DNA from: an uncultured Tolumonas sp.
GTDB lineage: Bacteria > Pseudomonadota > Gammaproteobacteria > Enterobacterales > Aeromonadaceae
DNA length: 32,000 nt
Assembly (NCBI RefSeq): GCF_963676665.2
Contig: NZ_CAXXNL010000011.1
Span: 1,250,606 to 1,282,605 of the forward strand
Direction of reading: 5' to 3'
Both the position numbers and the translations under genes were made by a program. This document shows positions 1-9,013 of the stretch, in pieces. Numbering within the stretch: the stretch's first letter is position 1; each line of letters starts with the position of its first letter. The notes under the pieces were generated by a model, which did not search any database, had not been told where the DNA came from, and worked only from the letters and a program-made list of their open reading frames with translations.

Positions 1-161
1 AGTTCAGCAACATAATCAAACAACGCGGTATCACTCTGGATATCATGCCGTTCCGGATAACGTTTTGCCAACCAATCCCCTAGTTGCTGCTTCGTGATCA
101 GTTGCCGGACCTGTTGCAGTAACTGTTCAGGGTAACCATTCAGATACATTAAATCAGACAT
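1..161 (-). CDS. ygjP: 5' part of a YgjP/DUF45-type metal-dependent hydrolase; the gene runs off the left edge
   Basis: Manual minus-strand translation from the ATG (complement of 159-161) gives MSDLMYLNGYPEQLLQQVRQLITKQQLGDWLAKRYPERHDIQSDTALFDYVAEL..., open to the window edge. It resembles the E. coli YgjP N-terminus as I recall it (..YLQGYPEQLL..RLGD.LAKRYP..). It is absent from the ORF track because it is truncated. Confidence 0.55.
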   Translation of the reverse strand, partial: MSDLMYLNGYPEQLLQQVRQLITKQQLGDWLAKRYPERHDIQSDTALFDYVAE

Positions 162-166
162 GGTTG

Positions 167-418
167 TTACTCTTTATTGGGCTCTTTTTTAACCCAAGGT
201 GAATTTTGAGTTAATACATACAAATCTTCTACTTTGGCCCTGGCCCAAGGTGTGCGGCGTAAAAATTTGAGACTCGACTTAATACTCGGTTCATTTTGAA
301 AACAGTTGATGTCGATACGCTGACCTAACTCATCCCAGCCATAATGAGCTACCAGTGCTGTAACGATATGTTCCAGCGTCACGCCATGCAGCGGATCTTT
401 GGATTGAAATTGGGACAT
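167..418 (-). CDS. VF530/DUF2132 family small putative DNA-binding protein (83 aa)
   Basis: Track ORF with ATG start. The sequence [33 protein letters not shown]...[23 protein letters not shown] is typical of the DUF2132 family as I recall it. Its stop lies 5 nt before the ygjP start, so the two are a likely operon. Confidence 0.7.
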   Translation of the reverse strand: MSQFQSKDPLHGVTLEHIVTALVAHYGWDELGQRIDINCFQNEPSIKSSLKFLRRTPWARAKVEDLYVLTQNSPWVKKEPNKE

Positions 419-553
419 ATTGATTCATGTTCTTCCATATAAAAATAAGCCGACAGAGTAGGAGATGAAGGCCGAAATAGCAAATCAGCAAAGATAGAAA
501 TAGACAGTTATCTGTGTGATGATGATCACTTTTCCACATCTATCATAATTATC

Positions 554-1315
554 ATGGAATTAGAGCTTTCAACCCTGTTCTTACTGGCTTTCTGTGGCAT
601 TGCTGCCGGATTTATCGATTCAATTGCTGGTGGCGGTGGATTATTAACTGTACCCGCTTTACTGAGTGTGGGGATCTCGCCAGCTCAGGCGTTGGCCACC
701 AATAAATTACAAAGTAGCTTTGGCAGTTTTTCTGCCACATTCTATTTTTTACGCCGCGGCTATATTGATCTGAAATTGATCAGAAACGGTATCTTTTTTA
801 CCTTTATTGGTAGTGCGTTAGGCACTTTGCTGGTTCAGCAAATTGACCCGTCGGCATTAAAACAAGCCATTCCTTTTATGCTGATCGGTTTTGCTCTGTA
901 TTTCATGTTTTCTCCGCGTATTGGCGAAGAAGATCGCCAGCAACGGATCAATTTTTCACTGTTTTGTTTGTTAGTCGGGTTGGGCGTGGGTTTTTATGAC
1001 GGCTTTTTCGGCCCGGGAACCGGCTCATTCTTTGCTATCGCTTTTGTCGCGCTTGCTGGCTTTAATCTGTCTAAAGCAACGGCGTATAGCAAATTACTGA
1101 ATTTCACATCGAATGTGGCTTCACTTATTTTCTTTATGCTGGGTGGAAAAATCCTCTGGCAAGTGGGCATTGTGATGGGCGTTGGGCAGTTTATCGGTGC
1201 GCGGCTCGGCTCAAAAATGGTGGTGAGTAAGGGAAGCAAAATCATTCGTCCGTTACTGGTGACCATGTCATTGATCATGTCGGCGCGATTACTCTGGCAA
1301 CATTATGCAGGCTGA
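554..1315 (+). CDS. yfcA: TSUP (TauE/SafE) family membrane transporter, YfcA-like (253 aa)
   Basis: Full-length hydrophobic ORF. The N-terminal motif GFIDSIAGGGGLLTVPALL..G..P.QALATNKLQS is characteristic of YfcA/TSUP proteins. Confidence 0.8.
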   Translation: MELELSTLFLLAFCGIAAGFIDSIAGGGGLLTVPALLSVGISPAQALATNKLQSSFGSFSATFYFLRRGYIDLKLIRNGIFFTFIGSALGTLLVQQIDPSALKQAIPFMLIGFALYFMFSPRIGEEDRQQRINFSLFCLLVGLGVGFYDGFFGPGTGSFFAIAFVALAGFNLSKATAYSKLLNFTSNVASLIFFMLGGKILWQVGIVMGVGQFIGARLGSKMVVSKGSKIIRPLLVTMSLIMSARLLWQHYAG

Positions 1316-1392
1316 TTTTTAGTCATCATATTGTCATTTTCCACTGGCACTCTGCACTGGTAATTCGAACAAAATAACCAAAGAGAGTGCCG

Positions 1393-1509
1393 ATGAAACT
1401 ACGCCGTAAAAAAATTAAACAGCGCCATATGTGGTTCAGCTTATGGCAGCATGAATTATCACCAGTCAATCAAGCAAATTTGACACCAATCAAGGTCAGC
1501 GAACGATAA
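1393..1509 (+). CDS. Possible 38-aa small basic protein (MKLRRKKIKQRHMWFSLWQHELSPVNQANLTPIKVSER)
   Basis: Manual translation. The ATG is preceded by AAGAGAG 5 nt upstream. The ORF lies in the 272-bp gap upstream of ybjD on the same strand. No homology recognised. Confidence 0.15.
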   Translation: MKLRRKKIKQRHMWFSLWQHELSPVNQANLTPIKVSER

Positions 1510-1587
1510 ATACGGTTGTTCTTGCAGAACAGACGGCGGCTTTGCTATCAGTTTGTTATAGTTAAAAATAAACGCTGGTAATGCCTT

Positions 1588-3213
1588 ATGTTTCTGGAAC
1601 AAATTGAAATAACAGGATTCCGTGGCATCTCCAGGCTATCAGTAAAACTGGGGCAAATTACCGCGCTGATCGGCGAGAATGCCTGGGGTAAAAGCAGTCT
1701 ATTAAGAGCATTATGGAGTCTGCTTGGTCATGATGAATTACCTTATCAATTTGTAGCTGACGATTTTTACCGAGCGCCCTGTGATGGCGCCGACGGTCAG
1801 GAACTTATTATCCGTCTTACCTTCCGGGAACATCGCCCGGGTATCAGTCAGCATTCTCACCGCCTAAACCGATTATCCAGTATCTGGACTCGCCATCACT
1901 TAGATATGTTTCACCGTATTCATTACGTAGCCAAAGCCACCTTGAATGCGGAGAACATTATCTCAGAACATTATTTTGAAGATGCGCATGGCAGCCGTGT
2001 GTCTGATGAAAATAGTGTGGAATTGATCCGTTTATTAAGCTCAATGAACCCAGTGTTGCGTTTGCGCGATTCCCGATCAATCAGTGCATTAGTTGAACCT
2101 GCTGTCGAACCAGATGATTTTGTCGGTGACATTACCGACTTATTACCGGATTGCACTCCCGACCGGCAACAGCATATTACGGAAGGTGTTCATGCCGCAG
2201 AATATTTGCTTGATCGCTATTTCATGAACGTTCCTCATCAAACCAAACGCAGCCAGCGCGACATTATCAACCAACCAGGTTCATTGCACGGTCTGACAGA
2301 CTGGCATGATCTGTTGCGAAATATGGATAATGACACCATGCAACAAATGCTGGCCCGGATTGGTCATGCTTTGTTGTCATCGCATTCCGGGCGTAAGTTA
2401 GAACACGAAGCTCGTCCTATCTATATTTTAGAAGATCCGGAAAGTCGCTTGCATCCCACGATGATGTCAATTGCCTGGGGGCTTATCCAGCAACTGCCGG
2501 GGCAAAAAATATTAACGACTAACTCTGGCGATTTATTGACCACATTACCTTTGAGCCAGATCAGGCGGTTAGTTCGCACTAATGGCACAGCCAAAAGTTA
2601 TCAGATGGATGAAAATCGTTTCACGGCGGATGATTTACGCAAGATCACGTTTCATGTGCGTATCAACCGTCCGATGTCACTATTTGCCCGCTGCTGGCTG
2701 CTAGTTGAGGGTGAAACAGAGCTGTGGTTACTCTCTGAATTGGCTCAGTTATGTGGTTATCATCTGCCTGGCGAAGGCGTGCGTATCATTGAATATGCGC
2801 AGTGTGGTTATTCACCATTGATTAAGTTGGCCAATGATCTGGGTATATCATGGCATATGCTGGCTGATGGCGATGAAGCGGGGGTTCGATATGTTCAGGG
2901 CGCCAGAAGATTAATGGCCGAGGAGCATCAGCATGGTAGTGCTAGCAATTTGACGTTGTTACCCAGTCGAGATATTGAGCATTTTCTTTTTACGCATGGT
3001 TTTGAAGATGTCTATCGGCGGGAAGCGGGTAATCGTGATTTGCATAATTTACCAGCGAACAAAATTATCGAGCGTGCAGTTTCTCGTCGCTCAAAACCGG
3101 GTATGGCATTAGCGGTGATTGAAGAAGCGATGAAGCAAGGTGTTGGTAGCGTACCAAGTCTACTACAAAACATGTTTAACAGAGTTGTAGCTTTGGCAAG
3201 AGAACAGGCATAA
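1588..3213 (+). CDS. ybjD: OLD-family ATP-dependent endonuclease (ABC-type ATPase plus Toprim), YbjD-like (541 aa)
   Basis: N-terminus MFLEQIEITGFRGISRLSV...LIGENAWGKSSLL (Walker A) matches the E. coli YbjD pattern. The C-terminal Toprim motifs are CWLLVEGETE (Glu) and MLADGDEAG (DxD). Confidence 0.85.
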   Translation: MFLEQIEITGFRGISRLSVKLGQITALIGENAWGKSSLLRALWSLLGHDELPYQFVADDFYRAPCDGADGQELIIRLTFREHRPGISQHSHRLNRLSSIWTRHHLDMFHRIHYVAKATLNAENIISEHYFEDAHGSRVSDENSVELIRLLSSMNPVLRLRDSRSISALVEPAVEPDDFVGDITDLLPDCTPDRQQHITEGVHAAEYLLDRYFMNVPHQTKRSQRDIINQPGSLHGLTDWHDLLRNMDNDTMQQMLARIGHALLSSHSGRKLEHEARPIYILEDPESRLHPTMMSIAWGLIQQLPGQKILTTNSGDLLTTLPLSQIRRLVRTNGTAKSYQMDENRFTADDLRKITFHVRINRPMSLFARCWLLVEGETELWLLSELAQLCGYHLPGEGVRIIEYAQCGYSPLIKLANDLGISWHMLADGDEAGVRYVQGARRLMAEEHQHGSASNLTLLPSRDIEHFLFTHGFEDVYRREAGNRDLHNLPANKIIERAVSRRSKPGMALAVIEEAMKQGVGSVPSLLQNMFNRVVALAREQA

Positions 3214-3244
3214 AAAAAGCCTTCCTGAAAGGGAAGGCTTTTTA
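3212..3244. terminator. Bidirectional rho-independent terminator between convergent ybjD and pfkA
   Basis: The stem AAGCCTTCC (3217-3225) pairs with GGAAGGCTT (3232-3240) across a 6-nt loop, flanked by an A-run upstream and a T-run downstream. Confidence 0.8.
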
Positions 3245-3254
3245 ATGATAACGA

Positions 3255-4217
3255 TTAGAACAAAGTTTCTGTCAGGTTATACAGTTCTTCGTTAAATGGA
3301 CGTTTCATGTTCTCGATACAATCGATGATGTCGTGGTGAACCAGTTCATTTTTCAACAAACCAACACAACGACCACCTTCGCCTTGCAGCAGCAGGTCAA
3401 CAGCATAAGCGCCCATGCGGCTAGCAAGAACACGGTCACGAGCAGTTGGTGAACCACCACGTTGGATGTGACCCAGAATAGTTGCACGCGTTTCCAGACC
3501 AGTATGCAACTCGATCAGATTGGCCAGCGCGTTAACATCAGTAACATGCTCACAAATAGTGATGATTGCGTGACGTTTGCCATTGGCAATACCTTCATCG
3601 ATCTGAGCCAGCAATTCTTCTTTTTTGAAGCCTTTTTCTGGAACGATAACGAATTCTGCACCACCTGCTACAGCCGCAGCCATTGCTAAGTCGCCACAGT
3701 GACGACCCATTACTTCAACCACAGAGATTCGTTTGTGGGAAGTTGAGGTATCACGCAGACGGTCAATCGCTTCCATTACTACGTTCAGTGCAGTATCGAA
3801 ACCGATAGTGAAATCAGTACCGGCGATATCGTTGTCGATAGTGCCTGGCAGACCGATACATGGGTAGCCCATTTCAGTCAGTTTTTTCGCGCCCATATAA
3901 GAGCCGTCGCCACCGATAACAACCAGTGCTTCGATGCCGTGTTTATTCAGGTTAGCGATCGCTTCACGACGTACACTTTCTTCTTTGAAAGCAGGGAAGC
4001 GAGCAGAGCCCAGCATGGTGCCACCACGGTTAATGATGTCTGAGACGCTGCGGCGATCCAGTTTTTCGATACGGTCGCGGTGTAAGCCCAAATAACCGTC
4101 ACGAATACCGTAAACTTCAATACCTTTAGCCAGCGCAGCACGAACTACAGAGCGGATTGCCGCGTTCATACCTTGTGCATCACCACCACTGGTCAAAACA
4201 CCAATTTTCTTGATCAT
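3255..4217 (-). CDS. pfkA: ATP-dependent 6-phosphofructokinase (320 aa)
   Basis: [22 protein letters not shown]...GGDGSYMGA...PGTIDNDI...MGRHCGDLA are canonical PfkA motifs at the expected length. Confidence 0.97.
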   Translation of the reverse strand: MIKKIGVLTSGGDAQGMNAAIRSVVRAALAKGIEVYGIRDGYLGLHRDRIEKLDRRSVSDIINRGGTMLGSARFPAFKEESVRREAIANLNKHGIEALVVIGGDGSYMGAKKLTEMGYPCIGLPGTIDNDIAGTDFTIGFDTALNVVMEAIDRLRDTSTSHKRISVVEVMGRHCGDLAMAAAVAGGAEFVIVPEKGFKKEELLAQIDEGIANGKRHAIITICEHVTDVNALANLIELHTGLETRATILGHIQRGGSPTARDRVLASRMGAYAVDLLLQGEGGRCVGLLKNELVHHDIIDCIENMKRPFNEELYNLTETLF

Positions 4218-4337
4218 TGTGTGCCTCTATAGAGAAATTACAAAACAAACAGATTCTTGAGTGAGTACTACACATGGCATGTCGTTATGATTTTATCAGC
4301 CGTCTGGAAGTTCACCCGTTCATATCCGGACCGTGTA

Positions 4338-4372
4338 ATACAAAACAAGGCACCCTCTATGAGGATGCCTTG
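4338..4372 (-). terminator. Rho-independent terminator of tpiA
   Basis: The stem CAAGGCACCCTC (4346-4357) pairs with GAGGATGCCTTG (4361-4372) with 1 mismatch and a 3-nt loop. On the minus strand it is followed by TTTTG. Confidence 0.7.
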
Positions 4373-4381
4373 CAAAAACAA

Positions 4382-5137
4382 TTATTTAGCTGCAGCTTCG
4401 ATGATGGCAGAGAAATCAGCCACTTTCAGAGATGCACCACCGATCAGACCGCCATCGATGTCAGCTTGAGCCAGCAGTTCAGCCGCGTTTGCCGCGTTCA
4501 TAGAACCACCGTACAGAACCTGTACTTTAGCGGCTACATCAGCGTTGAAACCAGCCAGGTAAGCACGGATGTGTGCGTGTACTGATTGAGCGATTTCTGG
4601 AGTAGCAGTTTTGCCAGTGCCGATTGCCCATACTGGTTCGTAAGCGATAACTGCGTTAGCGAAAGAGTCGATACCCGCTACGTCGATCACTGCTTTCAGC
4701 TGAGTTTCAACAACAGCTTTAGTTTCGTTAGCTTCGAACTGTTCCAGTGTTTCACCGATACACAGAACAGGGATCAGGCCGCCAGCTTGAATAGCAACGT
4801 ATTTAGCAGCAACAACAGCGTCAGTTTCTGCATGCAGAGTACGACGTTCGCTGTGACCAACCAGAGCGTATTTACAGCCGAATTCTTTCAGCATAACTGG
4901 AGAGTTTTCACCAGTGAATGCGCCAGAGGTATGAACGTCTGCATCTTGTGAACCGTATTTCAGTGCAGAACCGGCAGTCAGTTGTTCAACTTGACCCAGG
5001 AAAATAACAGGTGCACAAACAGCCACTTCAACGTTTGCTGCTGCAGCTACTGGTGCTTTCAGACCTTCAACCAGAGCTTCAACAGACGCTTTAGTGCCGT
5101 TCAGTTTCCAGTTACCCATGATCAGGTGTTGTCTCAT
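4382..5137 (-). CDS. tpiA: Triosephosphate isomerase (251 aa)
   Basis: MGNWKLNG...ALVGHSERR...AYEPVWAIGTGKTAT...YGGS are canonical TIM motifs. Confidence 0.97.
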   Translation of the reverse strand: MRQHLIMGNWKLNGTKASVEALVEGLKAPVAAAANVEVAVCAPVIFLGQVEQLTAGSALKYGSQDADVHTSGAFTGENSPVMLKEFGCKYALVGHSERRTLHAETDAVVAAKYVAIQAGGLIPVLCIGETLEQFEANETKAVVETQLKAVIDVAGIDSFANAVIAYEPVWAIGTGKTATPEIAQSVHAHIRAYLAGFNADVAAKVQVLYGGSMNAANAAELLAQADIDGGLIGGASLKVADFSAIIEAAAK

Positions 5138-5325
5138 TTGCTGTATCCTCAGGATGGTTTGTGATGTTTATAAGTATTTGCACCGCATTATAGAAGGTGT
5201 GACGCCCGACGAATAGTCGCCATTTTGTTACCGCTCGTAATTTTTTCTCTTATTACTGATCCATATCAGGAACTTCACTTGAAAAAAAACAAAACGAAAT
5301 AAAAAGTGCTCTATTTGTTAACAAG

Positions 5326-6081
5326 TTAGTTACGTAAGCGGTTCCATAATTGACCAATCCATTCATGCAATGCCATTTCAGAATACATAAGATAACGTCC
5401 GGACGGTAAATAACCATAGGCCGGAACCGCCAATTGTTGCTCTCTGCCTACATATTGGGCCGGTGCCGGGATCGGGTTCATACCTATCTGATGGAATAAT
5501 GTCATAGCTCTGGGCATATGCGATGCGGAGGTAACAAGTGCTGTAGGACGGTCGGAAATTAGCTGACTGTCGCGCGCCACTTCCTCTTCTGTATCTCGGG
5601 CATTTTCAATCAATGTCATGTCATTGCGTGCTACGCCATTAGCTTCGGCGACACGGGCGTACATCTCTGCACCAGAAATTGGGTCGCCAGCAATGCTGCC
5701 GGAAAAAATCATATGAGCCTTGGGGTTCAGCCGTTTTATGCGCAAGGCTTCTTGTATTCGTGCACTAGCGGCTTCAGTGAGCTGGCTCGCTAAAGGCACC
5801 GATGGATCAGAGACATGCCCATGACCTAACACAATAATAAAATCGACAGGCTGTTGGTCGGGAAAAGCGGGGTACATTTGTTCTAACGGGCGATTTAATT
5901 CCACGCTGACCGGGCGGATTGAAAAAGTGATCAAGAGAATGGTTGCCACAGAAACGAGTAACTTTCCACTTTTCTGCCAGCGTGTCAGCCACAATAAAAA
6001 TAAGCCAATAAAAAGCAGTACAGCACAAAAAGGCAGCGGCATTAGCAGTAGCCCTAGCCATTTTTTAAGCATAAAAAGCAT
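5326..6081 (-). CDS. elyC: DUF218/YdcF-family envelope biogenesis factor ElyC (YcbC)-like (251 aa)
   Basis: The N-terminus MLFMLKKWLG..LMPLP and the C-terminal LVTSASHMPRAMTLF...G.NP.PAPA match E. coli ElyC as I recall it. It is divergent from cmoM-mukFEB, exactly as in E. coli. Confidence 0.8.
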   Translation of the reverse strand: MLFMLKKWLGLLLMPLPFCAVLLFIGLFLLWLTRWQKSGKLLVSVATILLITFSIRPVSVELNRPLEQMYPAFPDQQPVDFIIVLGHGHVSDPSVPLASQLTEAASARIQEALRIKRLNPKAHMIFSGSIAGDPISGAEMYARVAEANGVARNDMTLIENARDTEEEVARDSQLISDRPTALVTSASHMPRAMTLFHQIGMNPIPAPAQYVGREQQLAVPAYGYLPSGRYLMYSEMALHEWIGQLWNRLRN

Positions 6082-6175
6082 ATCTTTATCCCGAATTGAC
6101 GATCAAAATTCCACGTTTTCGCGGCTTATGACAGAATAGCGGCCCTTTTCCATCAGATACAGCAGAATAACCTTT

Positions 6176-6949
6176 ATGTCAGATCACTCTTTTGATGGGC
6201 TGTCAGAGAAATTTGCACAGAACATCTATGCCACTAGTAAAGGAAAGATCCGTACCGCGGTTGTCTGGCGAGATCTGGAACAGGGGCTGGCGCGCTTTGG
6301 CAATCAGCGGTTACGTATTTTAGATGCCGGTGGTGGCTTTGGCTTTTTTGCACAAAAATTAGCGGCTCTGGGGCATGATGTCACATTATGTGACCTGTCT
6401 GCCGATATGCTGGAACTGGCGAAAGAGCAAATTGCTGAAAAAGGGCTGACTGAACGAATTCGTCTGGTGCATTGCTCTATTCAGGATTTGCCAGAGCATG
6501 TCGATGGCACATTTGATTTTGTGCTGTGTCATGCCGTGGTGGAATGGCTGGCCGATCCAAAATCGACGTTGATGGGTTTGCTGCACTATTTGAAACCGGG
6601 CGGGCTGTTTTCTCTGCTGTTTTACAACCGTGATGCGTTGCTGTTTCAAAGTTTGGTCGTGGGGAATTTTGACTACATCCGTGCTGGTCTGGTAAAAAAA
6701 CGGCAGCAAAAACTAACACCGACCAACCCGCAAACACCAGCCGATGTCTATCAATGGCTGGCGGAGTGGCAGATGCCACTGTTGTGTCGCAGTGGTGTGC
6801 GTGTGATCCACGATTACATGCGGCATAAAGAAGATCAGCACAAAAAGTTTTCCGATTTATTGGAAATGGAATTACGTTATTGTCAGCAAGAGCCATTCGT
6901 CCATTTAGGGCGTTACATGCATGTGCTGGCCAGTAAGCCGTGCCAGTAA
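6176..6949 (+). CDS. cmoM: SAM-dependent tRNA (cmo5U34) methyltransferase CmoM/SmtA (257 aa)
   Basis: Class I SAM-binding motif ILDAGGGFGFFAQKLA. It occupies the conserved first position of the smtA-mukF-mukE-mukB operon. Confidence 0.85.
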   Translation: MSDHSFDGLSEKFAQNIYATSKGKIRTAVVWRDLEQGLARFGNQRLRILDAGGGFGFFAQKLAALGHDVTLCDLSADMLELAKEQIAEKGLTERIRLVHCSIQDLPEHVDGTFDFVLCHAVVEWLADPKSTLMGLLHYLKPGGLFSLLFYNRDALLFQSLVVGNFDYIRAGLVKKRQQKLTPTNPQTPADVYQWLAEWQMPLLCRSGVRVIHDYMRHKEDQHKKFSDLLEMELRYCQQEPFVHLGRYMHVLASKPCQ

Positions 6950-6972
6950 ATCATGATTGATAAGAGATTATA

Positions 6973-8310
6973 ATGACCGAACAACTTAGGCCTGAGCGCA
7001 GCCTGCCGGAATTAGTCGGTTGGGTGAAACAGGAACAGCTGGAACTTCATCTTAGTAATGAACGTTTGGCGTTTCTGATCGCGATATCCTCAATGGCACG
7101 GGATGAGCAAACACAGGAATTAAGCGAAGCCGCATTGCATGATGCGTTTAGTTACGTCAGCCAGTTATATGGTTTGATGGATGAAACCTTATCAGTGCGT
7201 GCGAACAACGCGATCAACGAATTAGTCCGCCAACGGCTGTTATCACGTTTTAATACCGACCCTGTGGCAGGCGAGAGCGTATACCGTTTGACGCGTTTAG
7301 CGGTGGGGATCATCGAATTTTATGTTGATCAGCAGCAGGTCAACAGCGTCAAATTGTCACTGTTGTTAGAGCAGGTTGCCGGTGAGTTGGATAAAGCCTA
7401 TACCGCTGCAGTGCATGCGACCGATGATTCCGCTTGGGAAACAGAAGTTTATCCGCGCCTGAAATATTCGGTGGAAGAGATCTTAAGTCGCATCGATCTG
7501 ACTCAAAGGGCGATGGATGATCAACAAAATCAGGTCAAAGCTGAGATAGCTGATCTTTTGAATCAGAATTGGACGCAGGCCATCCACAACTGCGAAAAGC
7601 TGCTGCGTGAAACTGGCCAGACGTTGCGTGAATTGCAAGATACGCTCGATGCTGCTGGGCATAAATTGCAATCGGGTCTGCTGAATATTCAGGAAACCGC
7701 CCGGGCGCAGGTGATTACCTCGGTACAGGTTGAACACCTGACTTTTGAGCTGCAAAGCCGTATCGATGCGATTCTGAGCTGGGGCCAGCAGTGTATTGAG
7801 CTGTGGGCGCGATATGATCGTCATGTGCATAAATTTATCCGTAACGCGATTGATATGGATAAAAACCGCGTATTTAGCCAACGCCTGCGCGAGTCGATTC
7901 GTGATTTTGATAACCACAACTGGTTATTACTGGTAGCACAAGAAGCCCGTCTGCTGGAACTGCGCGATGAAACGCTGGTGCTGCATAACGATGAGATCAC
8001 CGGCGAACTACCCGTTGCGCTGGAATTCCAAGAAATTCAGGCGCTGGATGAAAAACTTGCTGAACATATCAGCGGCTATCTGGCCGATTTCCAACTGCAC
8101 GGTAAGCCGCTCGATATGGCCGATCTGTTAAAAGATTACCTGCAACAATTTCCTGAATATCAACACTTTGATGTCGCCAGAATGCTGGTCGATCAAGCGG
8201 TTCGTCTGGGTTATTCCAGTGCAGAACTCAGCAGTGCCCGTCATCCGAAGTGGAAACCAATTAACGATTTAGGTGCTAAGGTGCAAGCGCATGTCATTGA
8301 TCAATACTGA
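6973..8310 (+). CDS. mukF: Chromosome partition protein MukF (kleisin), 445 aa
   Basis: Length, operon position, and the N-terminus LPELVGWVKQEQLELHLSNERLAFLIAI match MukF. Confidence 0.95.
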   Translation: MTEQLRPERSLPELVGWVKQEQLELHLSNERLAFLIAISSMARDEQTQELSEAALHDAFSYVSQLYGLMDETLSVRANNAINELVRQRLLSRFNTDPVAGESVYRLTRLAVGIIEFYVDQQQVNSVKLSLLLEQVAGELDKAYTAAVHATDDSAWETEVYPRLKYSVEEILSRIDLTQRAMDDQQNQVKAEIADLLNQNWTQAIHNCEKLLRETGQTLRELQDTLDAAGHKLQSGLLNIQETARAQVITSVQVEHLTFELQSRIDAILSWGQQCIELWARYDRHVHKFIRNAIDMDKNRVFSQRLRESIRDFDNHNWLLLVAQEARLLELRDETLVLHNDEITGELPVALEFQEIQALDEKLAEHISGYLADFQLHGKPLDMADLLKDYLQQFPEYQHFDVARMLVDQAVRLGYSSAELSSARHPKWKPINDLGAKVQAHVIDQY

Positions 8311-9013
8311 GTTACCTATCGCATTACGCCTTGCACAGGCGATTGCCAACCCGCTGTTTCCGAAATTGGATACCGCGCTACGCAGTGGCAAACACATCAG
8401 TGCCGACGATTTAGATCAGCACTCTTATCTGCTTGATTATCATGATGAGCTGGAAAGTTTTTACAGCCGTTATCAGGTGGAATTAATTAAAGCGCCGGAA
8501 GGTTTTTTCTACATCCGCCCGCGTTCAACTTCAGAAATCGGCACTTCAGTGTTGTCTGAGCTGGATATGCTGGTGGGCAAAGTGCTCTGTTATCTCTATC
8601 TCAGCCCAGAGCGTTTGGCGAATGAAGGTATCTTTTCACTGCTTGATTTGCAGGAAGAGGTGGTTTCGTTAGCGGATGAGCGGCAATTATTGCGCATGGT
8701 CAACCAGCGCAGTGGCGGCACCGATTTAGATAAGAAAAAATTGCAGGAACGTATTCGTACCTCGATGCGGCGTTTGCGTCGGTTAGGTATGGTCACCGCA
8801 TTGGGTGTGGGCGATAAATTCCGCGTGAATGAAGCCGTGTTTCGCTTTGCTGCCGACGTTCGCACTGACGAAGACCCACGCATTGTGCAGTTACGCATGA
8901 TCCGCGAGGGCGAAGCGATTTTACATGATGATGAATTACCAACCCGTGAAACCGTATGGGATTCACTGGATGAAGCAGAAGAAGATGAAGAGCAATTGGG
9001 ACTGGATATATGA
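8291..9013 (+). CDS. mukE: Chromosome partition protein MukE (240 aa)
   Basis: I place the start at ATG 8291 (MSLINTELPIALRLAQAIANPLFPKLDTALRSGKHI), which aligns with the E. coli MukE N-terminus. The track start at 8273 is a GTG upstream extension. The gene overlaps the mukF stop by 20 nt. Confidence 0.93.
   Translation: MSLINTELPIALRLAQAIANPLFPKLDTALRSGKHISADDLDQHSYLLDYHDELESFYSRYQVELIKAPEGFFYIRPRSTSEIGTSVLSELDMLVGKVLCYLYLSPERLANEGIFSLLDLQEEVVSLADERQLLRMVNQRSGGTDLDKKKLQERIRTSMRRLRRLGMVTALGVGDKFRVNEAVFRFAADVRTDEDPRIVQLRMIREGEAILHDDELPTRETVWDSLDEAEEDEEQLGLDI

Noticed and set aside
330-539. 69-aa minus-strand ORF spanning the DUF2132 gene 5' end and the promoter region.
   Set aside because: It overlaps the better-supported DUF2132 ORF in another frame and extends into the divergent promoter region. 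Its Cys/Leu-rich sequence looks like noise.
6386-6896. 107-aa and 139-aa ORFs antisense to cmoM.
   Set aside because: They lie entirely within a well-supported methyltransferase gene on the opposite strand.
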